In this document: one piece after another, positions 1-10,900 of the stretch | Numbering within the stretch: the stretch's first letter is position 1 | How the letters are laid out: each line of letters starts with the position of its first letter | Assembly (NCBI RefSeq): GCF_026571515.1 | Contig: NW_026864768.1 | Span: forward strand, 124,001-188,000 | Reading direction: 5' to 3' | From: Ruditapes philippinarum | Taxonomy: Eukaryota | Length of the DNA stretch: 64,000 nt | Notes under the pieces: model-generated | The model's database searches: none | The model's input: only the letters and a program-made list of their open reading frames with translations | What the model was told of the DNA's origin: nothing | Position numbers and translations under genes: made by a program

Positions 1-268
1 CAATATGGACAATCATCCTATGAAGTTTGAACACTATGGGCCAAATAGTAATTCAGTTGTGTTCTGGAAACTTTTTTCAGTTTTAAAGAAATAGTGACCT
101 TGACCTTTGACCTTGTGACCCCAAAATCAATAGGTGTCTTCTACCCAATATGGACAATCATCCTATGAAGTTTGAACACTGTGGGCCATATGGAACTTAA
201 ATTATGCTCTGGAAACTGTTTTCAGTTTTAAAGTAATAGTGACCTTGACCTTTGACCTTGTAACCCCA
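1..268 (-). repeat. About 147-bp tandem core repeats (GTGACCTTGACCTTTGACC family), truncated by the window edge; probably the interior of a Helentron-type non-autonomous element
   Basis: Two near-identical units begin CAATATGGACAATCATCCTATGAAGTTTGAACACT at 1 and about 147. Confidence 0.8.
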
Positions 269-1339
269 ATATTTCGCGATAAATAAGATCGATGCCACGA
301 AAATACGATTAATTTTTAATACAGTGCAAATATCTGTTTAAATGTTTTTTTGTCAGTGCGGTTTTAGAGCTGATTGATTTTTTTCTCAAAATCATACCGA
401 TTTTTTAAAAAAAGATATCAATTTATTCAGATATGTATTTGTTTCAATAAATTGTAATTATATTGATTGAAATGTTTTGAAAAATGCCATTAATGAGAAT
501 AAAATCGACCCTTTCCGGTCATGACGAGTCCTTTCCGCGGAAAGAGGCCCTTTCCGGTGTCTAGTCATACCCGTTATAGTACGGCTTCCAGTTTTTATCC
601 TTTCCCCGTAAGAAAAGCACCTCATGTAATTTATTCCAAAACAACGACACCGGTTAACACAGCCATGACAAAGAAGGTGAAAAATAAAGAAAACATTCAT
701 ATAGAAGGCATGTGCAAGTTATTAATGAATTGCATAGTTTTCTCCGAATCATTTCTCTCTGACCTTTCAATTTGATTATCGAATATTGAAATATTTGAGC
801 TGAAATCTTAATCTTAAATTTTGGATTGATTTCGTCTCGAGTGAGCACCACACTAAATACCGTATTCCGGTATATATGCCGGACAAGGCGCTTGAATGAT
901 AAAAAATTATGCTAAAATACAGTGATTTTTTTCACTTTTTGAAACAACCTGTGGCTTTCTGAAGCGGAAAATATAACGCAATAAATCAGAAGGTGAAAAT
1001 CAAATTCTAACAACTGAGAATTTTAATTCAATTTAACATGCTTTCTGTCTTCTAGCTGATATACTGTATCCGTAGCTAAAGATACTTCAGCAAACAGGTT
1101 TTATAGTACTGCTAGACCTGTTCCCTCAAGCCAATCCTGTATCGAAAGTCAACCAGAACCGTGACCTTTTTATGTCATGCTGTAATTCAATAAATTTGGG
1201 TGATCTGGACAAAAGCTATTTTAATACAGGTAGTTAGATACATGTATATTTGGGACACTTCAGTCTATTTTTTTGAACATAGAACGTTAGATTGATGAAA
1301 TAATGCCTCAAAGTTTATCAGCGTGTTCACATTTCATAA

Positions 1340-1690
1340 AATTTGCCGCCATTGCTGCCCTAATTTTCACGTGCCAAGCGAGAATTTAGGTTCAGATACC
1401 TTTGCATAACATTTGGTGACCCGTGACCCAAATGCTTTTTTTAACTGAAAACATGGCTTTGCAATTATGAATAACAGTGTATTTATTCAATAACAGACAT
1501 TGTACCAAAAACATGTTGGATTTATATTGTTTTGAGTGATGATTCATGAATTATTTGTTTGTTTTTATATAAAATCATACACTTACTAAAAATAGTGTAA
1601 GGTCCGTTACTAAAAATAGATGCTAGAATTCCCAAAACTTTAAGTCCCGCGAGATTTCATTTGAAAGCAGACTCCATATTGGTAAACATT
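1340..1690. promoter_or_regulatory. Candidate SETDB1 promoter / non-coding first exon region
   Basis: The first coding exon begins at an acceptor (TTTTCAG|, 7937), so an upstream exon is implied. This region is locally CpG-retaining and has a YY1-like GCCGCCATT (about 1345), a TCCCGCGAGA (1645-1654, one mismatch from the TCTCGCGAGA promoter motif) and a possible donor TTG|GTAAAC (1681/1682). Confidence 0.25.
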
Positions 1691-2253
1691 TTCTACATAT
1701 TTCCCTAAAAAATAGTTGGGTACACAATGTCATTGAAGTTTCATTTAAAAACAAAACATGATTTGATTCAGAATTGATTTGTTTATCAAATGGTATTTTT
1801 ATTTGACCCAAATTTGATAAATAAGGGTGATTTTAATAGGTTTTTATGTACGGCTTAAGAACTGCCAAATTCTGGTAGCCTTTGCAAATAGGGTTAACCC
1901 ATAACTTTACTGTCAAAACGTCATAATAAAAGCGACATATAAAGTTATGGAAGTCAGAACTAATATGTCCGCTGTTGTTAAGTGAAGAATGTGCACAGGG
2001 CATTTTAGGGGAAAATATATCTATTTTGGGCAAGGGAAACAGCCTTTTTTGGGCTGTAAAATACAGGGGAAAAAATCACTGAAATATATTCTTTTCTCCC
2101 GCCAAAACGCACTGTAAAGCTTCTAATTCATCTCTGTATAGCGAGCTCGAAGAGCTGGCTCACAGGGCCTGCTCGCAAAGCGAGGTTTACTGTAACATGA
2201 GTACCTGCTATATACTGATATAGTGATGGTTTTGAATACTATGGTCGGAAGTA

Positions 2254-4223
2254 CAGTGAAACCTGTCTAATCCGAACTCGTCCGGACCAGAAGAAAAGTT
2301 CGGATTAGAAAGGTTTCCGGATAAGAAAGGTTCCCGAATTAGAAGGTTTTTTAGCTCGACTTTTCTATGAAAAGGGGAGCTATCCTACTCGCCCCGGCGT
2401 TGGCGTCACACCTTGGTTAAGTTTTTCGTACCACCCCACTTTATTTCAGAAGTATTACAAGTATGGCTTTGAAACTTACCATACTTGTTCACCATCATAA
2501 CCTCCATCTACAGACAAGAGTACATAACTCTGTCAAGGTTTTTGACAGAATTATGGCCCTTTTTTGACTTAGAAAGTGTATTGAGCTTGGTTAAGTTTTT
2601 TGTACCACCTCACTTTATTTCAAAACCATTGGAGGTATTGCTTTGAAACTGACCATACTTGTTTACCATCACGACCTTCATCAACAGACAAGAGGACATA
2701 ACTCTGTCAAGGTTTTTGACAGAATTATGCCCCTTTTTGACTTAGAAAATACATTGAATATGGGTAAAATCCACTTATTGCCTTAACCCTTTGAGATATT
2801 GCTTTGAAACTTTTAATGCTATTTCACATCATTACCCCCATCTGTACGCAAGAGAAGGTAACTCTGTCAAGGATTTGTTTTAAAAATTAAGGCCTTTTAT
2901 CGACTTAGAATCTTGGTTAAGTTTTTAGTACCAGTCCACTTTTTGACTGAACTGTTTGAGATATTAATTTGAAAGTTGGAATACTTGTTTACAATCATGA
3001 TTCCCAAACATGTCCAGGAGAAGGTAATTCTGTCAAAGATTTTATTTGAATTATGGCCCTTAACTGTCAATGTTTTGTATTATAGGCAAGCACTAAAAAA
3101 CTTAAAAAATCTAAAAAAATTCATTCCTATCCACTTGTTCACTTTACCATAAATTATGTCATATAAACATTGCTGTAATATTCAAGGGTATCAAACAACT
3201 AGTTTTTTTTTCTTTCTTACCAGCCCTCTTTTGACTTAAACATTTCAAACTTTGCTGCAGTGTTCAAGGGTATCACACAATTCAGTAAAATAATTCTTCA
3301 CTAAATATCTTAATGCTCATGGCCATTGTTCACTTTAAAAATACAGAGATTCTTGCATTGCCTTTTACTGCAAAAACTTTTTTTATTGGCAAGCAATAAA
3401 AAAGTCGAGCGCGCTGTCTTACGGACAGCTCTTGTTTCACATGTTTTTTCATGTTATTTGTAAAATAGTTTAAGGAAAGAAAACGGGAATGCATTTGAAA
3501 TTGCAATTTAGATATTTTATTTTTTGCAGTCTCTTATCGTTCATTTTAATAAGTGTGAATTCAAAAATAAAGAAATTAAAATAAATAAATAAGCAAAAAT
3601 ATTATGTCCTCAAGGGTAAGTTAACATACGATGTTAAACAGGATGCCGAGACATGATTAAATATTCGTACCAGCATTTGTCAATTGTTGTTTACTCTTAT
3701 CCGATTCAGCGACTATCCGAAATTCACTGACAGTTTCCATTAATTTTCATTACTTAATCACGTATCATTGAATCCATTACAAAGGATTAAAAGATATTTC
3801 TATTGCATTATATCAAAATATTTATTGAAGGTGACGAAAAACAATCAATTAAGCAATTATAGAAGATATGAAGGCAAGCTAAGTGTAATTTTCACATCTT
3901 CGCAGATCATAGGTTTCACCCATTAATCAAGTGAAATAACAAATCTGTTTGGTGTATTTTTACACCTGCAAGATGTGCGATTATTTGTTATTTTGAATGA
4001 AGGTGTGACATTTGGAAAAATCTGTTCGGATCCGAGAGGTAAATTTTAGAGTAAAATAAGAGACAAAAATTGAAAAAATCGTTCGGAATTCGGAGTAGAC
4101 AGGTTCCGGATCCGAAAGGTTTTTTACAATTGAAAATAGAACAAATAAAATCGGGACCGGACACCTTGTTCGGATAAGAAAGGATTCCGGATTAGAAGGG
4201 TTCGGATTAGCAAGGCTCCACTG
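2254..4223. mobile_element. Non-autonomous Tc1/mariner/pogo-type DNA transposon (MITE) with TA target duplication, interrupted by a HINE
   Basis: TA|CAGTGAAACCTGTCTAATCCGAAC ... GTTCGGATTAGCAAGGCTCCACTG|TA gives 24-bp imperfect TIRs. Repeated TTCGGATTAG/CCGGATAAG subterminal motifs occur at both ends. Confidence 0.85.
2353..3436 (+). mobile_element. Helentron-associated non-autonomous element (HINE/pearl-like), family A copy 1
   Basis: Inserted in a T-run. Subterminal inverted repeats GCTCGACTTTT / AAAAGTCGAGC, GGCGT(T/C) microsatellite, four 150-175-bp core units, 3' hairpin GCTGTCTTACGGACAGC and CTTGTT end. Confidence 0.85.
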
Positions 4224-4339
4224 TACTGCAAAATTATGGGAAATTGACCAATCACAACTTTTCGAATTACAAGATAACAATTGAAGCCGAGAAATTTTGA
4301 TTGAAAACAGATGAGTAGACTGGTCTCTTGCACACTTCT

Positions 4340-4521
4340 ATGGAAACCATAATAGTACAGGGAACCAGAAGCGAAAGCAGTGAATAAAATACGGAATGGC
4401 AGTATTAAAATGTAAAATAAAAATGAATGATTATTTTAACCAACTTCCCTGTTCATAGGCTTTGCCTAATTTCATATAACCCAAACTACAATCTGGTTCC
4501 CTGTCCTATTATGGTTCCCAT
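4340..4521. mobile_element. Small MITE-like element with about 30-bp terminal inverted repeats
   Basis: ATGGAAACCATAATAGTACAGGGAACCAGA ... TCTGGTTCCCTGTCCTATTATGGTTCCCAT (2 mismatches). Confidence 0.55.
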
Positions 4522-4914
4522 CTATGTTCTCTGACAAGTGGATTCAACTTAGATTTCATATTAAACATGAAATGGCTGTATATAGTGTGTGGTTGTGTTA
4601 AGTGCGGCCAAAAGTGTACAGTTCTTTGTTTATTGAAAACATAACATGTGTAGCCACCGACAGGTTTAAATTATAATTCTATTATTTCTGTTAAAGAGCT
4701 GACTTTGAGGCTTTGCCTTATTCATATTACTGATTTATGTACAATCATGAATGACAAATGTCGCAACTTTGAGGCTGAAGAATAATTGTCGGGATGTTCT
4801 GATAGAAAATGATAGAAGTGCATGAAATACTGAATGACGCCTAAAATGAAAATTGTAAAATAAAAAATAAACATAATTTTTTTATCTGACTTCCCCATTC
4901 ATAGGCTTTGCCTA

Positions 4915-7397
4915 CTTTAAACTTGCTACACTATTGGACAAGCTGTGCTCCTTATACATCCTGCACGTTAGACTTGTTGCACAAGTAAGACTTGCTATGC
5001 TCCTTATACTTGCTGCACTCCTTAAACTTGCTACACTCCTTGGACTTGTTGCATTCCTTATACTTGCTGCACAATTTAAACTTGCTATTCTCCTTAGACT
5101 TACTGTGCTCCTTAGACTTGCTGTGCTCCTTAAACTTGCTGCAAGAGTTAGACTTGCTGCACTCGTTGAACTTGCTGCGAAAGTTAAACTTGCTGTATTT
5201 CTTAAATTGCTGCACAAGTAAGACTTGCTGCACAAATTAGACTTGCTGCACAAATTAGTCTTGCTGTGCTCTTAAGATTTGCTGTGCTCCTTTAACTTGC
5301 TGTGATCCATAGACTTGCTGCACTCCTTAGACATACTGCACAAGTTAGACTTGCTGAACTTTTTAGCTCACCTGAGCATATGCTCAGGGTGAGCTATTAG
5401 GATCACTCTTCGTCCGTCGTACGTCGTCAGTCGTACGTTGTCCGTTCACACTTTTCAAACGACATCTCCTCTGAAACTGTTCCTTGTGTGAAGCCTTAAC
5501 AAAGTTGTTCAAAGAATTCCATTCCATGCAGAACTCTGGTTGCCATGGCAACCAAAAGAAAAAACTTTAAACATCTTCTTCTAGAAAACCCAAAGAGATA
5601 GAGCTAATATATTTGGCATGAAACATCTTCTAGTGAGTGTCTACCAAGATTGTTCAAATAAAATCCCTGGGGTCAAAATTGGCCCCGCCCCAGGGGGTCA
5701 TTGATTTTCCCTATATGCATATAGTAAAAACTTAAAAAAATCTTCTTTTAAACAACCCAAAGAGCTAGAACTAAGATATTTAGCATGAAACATCTTCTAA
5801 TCGGTGTCTACCAAGATTGTTCAAATAAAAGCCCTGGGGTCAAAATTGGCCCCGCCCCAGGGGGTCATTGATTTTCCCGATATGCATATAGTAAAAACTT
5901 AAAAAAAATCTTCTTTTAAAGAACCCAAAGAGCTAGAGCTAAGATATTTAGCATGAAACATGTTCTAATGGGTGTCTACCAAGTTTGTTCAAATTAAAGC
6001 CCTGGGGTCAAAATTGGCCCCGCCCCAGGGGGTCATTGATTTTCCTTATATGCATATAGTAAAAACTTTAAAAAATCTTCTTCTAAAAAACCCAAAGAGC
6101 TAGAGCTTAGATATTTGGCATTTAATATGTTCTAATGGATGTCTACCAAGTTTGTTCAAATAAAAGCCCTGGGGTCAAAATTGGCCCCGCCCCAGGGGGT
6201 CATTGATTTTCCCTATATGCATATAGTAAAAACTTAAAAAAATCTTCTTTTAAAGAACCCAAAGAGCTAGACCTAAGATATTAAGCATGAAACATCTTCT
6301 AATAAGTGTCTACCAAGATTGTTCAAATAAAAGCCCTGGGGTCAAAATTGGCCCCGCCCCGGGGGATCATTAATTTTCCCTATATGCATATAGTAAAAAC
6401 TTAAAAAGTCTTCTTCTAAAAAACCCAAAGAGCTAGAGCTTAGATATTTGGCGTAAAACATGTTCTAATGGATGTCTACCAAGTTTGTTCAAATAAAAGC
6501 CCTGGGGTCAAAATTGGCCCAGCCCCAGGGGGTCATTGATTTTCCCTATGTGCATATAGTAAAAACTCAAAAAAATCTTCTCTTAAAGAACTTAAAGAGC
6601 TAGAGCTAAGATATTAAGCATGAAACATCTTCTTATCAGTGTCTACCAAGTTTGTTCAAATAAAAGGCCTGGGGTCAAAATTGGCCCCGCCCCAGGGGGT
6701 CATTGATTTTCCCTATATGCATATAGTAAAAACTTTAAAAAAATTCTTTTAAAGGGCTAGAGCTAAGATATTTAGCATGAAACATATTATAATGGGTGTC
6801 TACCAAATTTGTTCAAATAAAAGCCCTGGGGTCAAAATTGGCCCTGTCCCAGGGGTTATTGATTTTCCCTATATACATAGAGTAAAAAGTTAAAAATCTT
6901 CTATTAAAGAACCAAAAGAGCTAGAGCTAAGATATTTAGCATGAAACATGTTCTAATGGATGTTTACCAAGTTTGTTCAAATAAAAGCCCTTGGGTCAAA
7001 ATTGGCCCTGCTAGGGAGAGGGGGGAGGGGGCAAAAGTTATTGTTATTCATTATTTGTGTATAGAAAAAACTTAACATCATGAAATATCTTTTAATGGGT
7101 GTCTTCCAAGTTTGTTCAAATAAAAGCCCTTTGGTTTAAACTGGCCCGGCCCTGGGGGCCTATGTTCAGGTGAGCGACCCCAGGGCCATCATGGCCCTCT
7201 TGTTAGATTTGCTGAACTCCTTAGAATCGCTGCAAAAGTTTTACTTGCTGTGCTCCAAAAACTTTCTGTGCTTCTTAGACTTGCTGCACAAGTTAGACTT
7301 GCTATACTCCTTAGACTTGCTGTGCTCCTTTGACTTGCTGCTGAAGTAAGACTTGCTGCCCTCCTTAGACTTGCCATGCCCCTTAGACTTGCTGCAT
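4915..7397. repeat. 18-bp minisatellite (ACTTGCTGTGCTCCTTAG-like), split by a HINE into 4915-5364 and 7205-7397
   Basis: About 25 plus about 10 degenerate 18-mers. The register continues across the inserted element. Confidence 0.9.
5365..7204 (+). mobile_element. HINE/pearl-like element, family B, with about 10 tandem ~167-bp core repeats
   Basis: 5' palindrome AGCTCACCTGAGCATATGCTCAGGGTGAGCT, CGTC-rich microsatellite, tandem units containing CCCTGGGGTCAAAATTGGCCCCGCCCCAGGGGG, 3' subTIR TCAGGTGAGC, hairpin AGGGCCATCATGGCCCT, CTTGTT end, TT target. Confidence 0.88.
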
Positions 7398-7955
7398 ATT
7401 AAGCCTCTGAAATGAGTTTTATTATGGTTTAGAGCATGTTAGATGTGTGTAACCTTTCAGGGTACCAAAAAAAGAGCTTTTTAGAAATAAAAATAATATA
7501 ATGTATTGTGCCTTTCTTTAGGGCGTAGACAACTTTCTTCATCCACATGTATTATAAAACAGAGATAAACACGGGTTATAAAATCATCATCAGTCTCTGT
7601 AAAAATGGAGACAAAAAATATCCACCTATTTTGCCAAATTATTGCTAATGGCAACCTTGGGAATTGACAGTAATGTGATTTGATCTATGTCTTTTATGTA
7701 AAATTTTGACAAAGCTTTAAACATTTTTTTACTTATTTTTGTTATTATGCTCACTGACTAACATGTTTAATTTGACACTTGTCTTCCAACCATTTATTTA
7801 AAAAATTGTTAAATCTAGCATTCACAAGCATTTTAACACAATAATTCATCCATAACAGCATTGTAACCTGCTGGAAAAATTTTCCTTGGTTGGTTGAACA
7901 AATACTGGTACATCATGTTCTTACATTGAATTTTCAGGATTAATTTGAAAATAAA

Positions 7956-10900
7956 ATGGCTGACGAGGGCATGAAAAGTTTCCAGTTTAACTGTGACATA
8001 AATCTAGAGGACATAGTGGACTCTGCAATAGCTGACCTATGTGATTCATCAAACTCTCTAGAGGCAAAAACATGGGAATCAGAACTTCAGAAAATACAAA
8101 ATCAAGTTAAAACTGCTGAAAGTAAGTGAATACTAATGGAAAGATTGATGTTGTTGTTTTTTTCTAATAGATGTACATAGTGTGTCTAGCCTTGCATTGT
8201 GTCAGGATACAGTGTTGTTAGGGCTGATTTAAAGCCTCATTCCCATTTCCTATAAGTATGTATTTTCCCACTTTTTCTTTAAAGATATTCTCTCCACCAG
8301 TTAAAGACAAGAAAAAAGAATGGGGATGCATAGATCCCTACTTGACCCTAATTTGTCTGATTCAAATTTTCAGATGATTCTTGGTGGATTACTGGTACAT
8401 GAAATTTTTAACAAAAGTACACATTAATGGTGGCAATGTTTTTGTTATGATCTTTTGTTATTCTGTTAAAAGGTCAGAATAGGGATCTATGAATTTCTTT
8501 GTACATGTAGTTTGTTTGAAATGTTGGTGATTTTGTTTATTACCAACAAAAAAAAAAGAAGTTTACTGTTTCCAAATTTTCCCTTCCACAATGCATCTTT
8601 CCTTTCAACTATCACTACTCTAAAAGGAAAAAAGAAAACACACTGTTTTAGGAACTTACACTAGTTTTGATAGGAAACAGTGTGTGTTTTAAGTAATTCA
8701 AATACAAAAATACTAAGATCATTGAGTATTATGATTATTGCCATTCACTTTTGAAAGCTTAACTCTGAAATAGAATACCAGTATGTAAATTTATCCTTAA
8801 TTACAGCATTGAATTTAATTACAGGGAAGCAGAAAGAGATAAACAGGTTGTTTTCTGATTGTATGTCTCAGCTTGTTGGTTTCCGAGATGCACTTGAAGA
8901 GGAGGAAAAAGCAGATATGTAAGAAATATTGATGAAAATGTATTATAATATGTTGTCATTGAAAACATACGCCTACATGTATTTAGCTAGTTTATGAGGT
9001 CAGTTTGAAGCAGCCCGTCACTCAAGCTTAATTGAACTATTCAGTCTCAAATCAGCTTCCATAACTTACCAGTACTACTGCTGAAGCTTGAAGGGCTTAT
9101 TCTTTGAATTTCACAATTTAAAGGTGATATTTTGATTCCCATACGCTACAACTTTTCTAATGCATGTATACGGATACATAGGAACATTGACTTTGTACAT
9201 GTGAAGAGATCATCCTTTGAGATTATAGAGATTCAGTGGTTTTACCTTGTCTTGTGCCCGTAAACTGTGCCAAAAGTATGAAGTATTTGGTATCGTACCT
9301 TTAAAGTTGTAATCTTAGCTTGACTGTGCAAAGAATAGGGAAAGCTTATGTACTCACCCAGGTGTCTGCTTCACACTTCAGTAAAGATTTTGATTGCAAG
9401 TTTGTATCTCCAAAACCACTGAAGGGAATGGCATGAAACTACACACACATATTTGAGAGCTTAATAGAAGGTCACTGTTCATGGCCCATAAATTTAACAT
9501 GAATTTTGACATAATTGTTGCCCCATTTTGAACTTAGAGAAAATTCTACATTATTCAAGCTCTTGTTTTACTATCAAGCACTGAGAGTATTCAAGCACAC
9601 TGTTCTACAGACAGCTCTTGTTTTGTTCCAGGATAAAGCATGAAGCAGCAAAGCTGGCATTTGATAACGCTTCGACACAGCCACGTGAGATAACCATTGA
9701 TGACACGGATGATGATGATGATGATGTTCAGTTTATACAGAAAACATACGACCCTATGGTAGCCATCAAGAGACAGGGGGAGATCACTCATGTGTTGCAG
9801 TCGTATGTATATCCATATTATATAGGATGTTTTGTTAAGAGTTGATAATGAAAATTTAAAATATGAAATAGATAGATTTTCATATGATTATTTACATACA
9901 AGTCTGTTGATTTATTGACATTCAATGTCGTTATTTTAGGTTGCAATTTCATAGAAGATGTGTCTTGCTTCTGTTTATTCTACAATAATAATTGTTTTCT
10001 TTTTAAGGAAGAACTTTTTTTATGCCTCCTTTGAAGAAGAGGGGGTATATTGTTTTGCTAATGTCGGTCTGTCTGTCTGTCCGTCGGTAGACCACATTGT
10101 TTCCGCTGATTATCTTAAAAACAATTTATCACAAATCATATTATTTTTCTTTTTTCCATAACTAAACACTTCAGTGTACCCATTTATGGCAAGTTTCTAT
10201 AACAAAATAACCAATAATGTGAGTCAAGGGCTAGAAAGGGGGGCATATGTGTTGTTCGACATTTCTTGTTAATATTAGTTAAGGTTGTTAAGGAAGCCTA
10301 GCAGAATATATAATTGGTATTAAAATGATATGAAATACTATCATATTTTATAGATTAACAAATTATCAAAACTCATTAAAATGTTTAGTTGAAATTAAAC
10401 AACATGGACTGGAACAAGATTTTGTTTCATTGTGAATGGAAATGTTGTCTTTTAATGTTTCAGCTTTAAAAAAGAGCCTAATGCTGGTTCCACTGTAACA
10501 CCTAGCCAGACCAGAGCTAATCTATCTGCTGCATTATCAAATGCTGGGAGCCAGAATCCAGTAAGTAGTATATGTTTATGTTTTGTTGCAGTGGTTTGGT
10601 TTTGAAATAATTTCATTATATCAAATTTGGTAATTACTAGGGTGCACAAGGTATTGATTTCGTGGTCAGTGTGACATTTTTAATACTTTTAAGTTTAGGT
10701 TGTAAACTTGCAATGAATGCTGGGAGCTCCATTGTTATGAGGAAGCTATACAACTTAAACTTAGAAAGCCAGTGGTTTGGTCCTGACTGAATGAGTTTAG
10801 TGCCTATTATAATGATGTAGGAAGAACCTTAGTTATTGTCCTGCCAGTAGAGCTGGAATGTGGCTAAATGATGCTAACAATGTGAAAGCTTCAACTAAAT

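Noticed and set aside
458-851. Overlapping 65-84-aa ORFs near the window start
   Set aside because: No recognisable motifs, and the lengths are within chance expectation.
1308-1352. Minus-strand ATGGCGGC as the start of a divergent gene
   Set aside because: The frame stops after 14 codons without a donor, and the nearby exon-like stretch (about 1087-1179) has stops in all three frames. Kept only as a possible promoter motif.
4912-5253. Four overlapping ORFs of 82-113 aa on both strands, plus 7189-7377
   Set aside because: They are by-products of the 18-bp (6-codon) minisatellite, with no splice context or domain.
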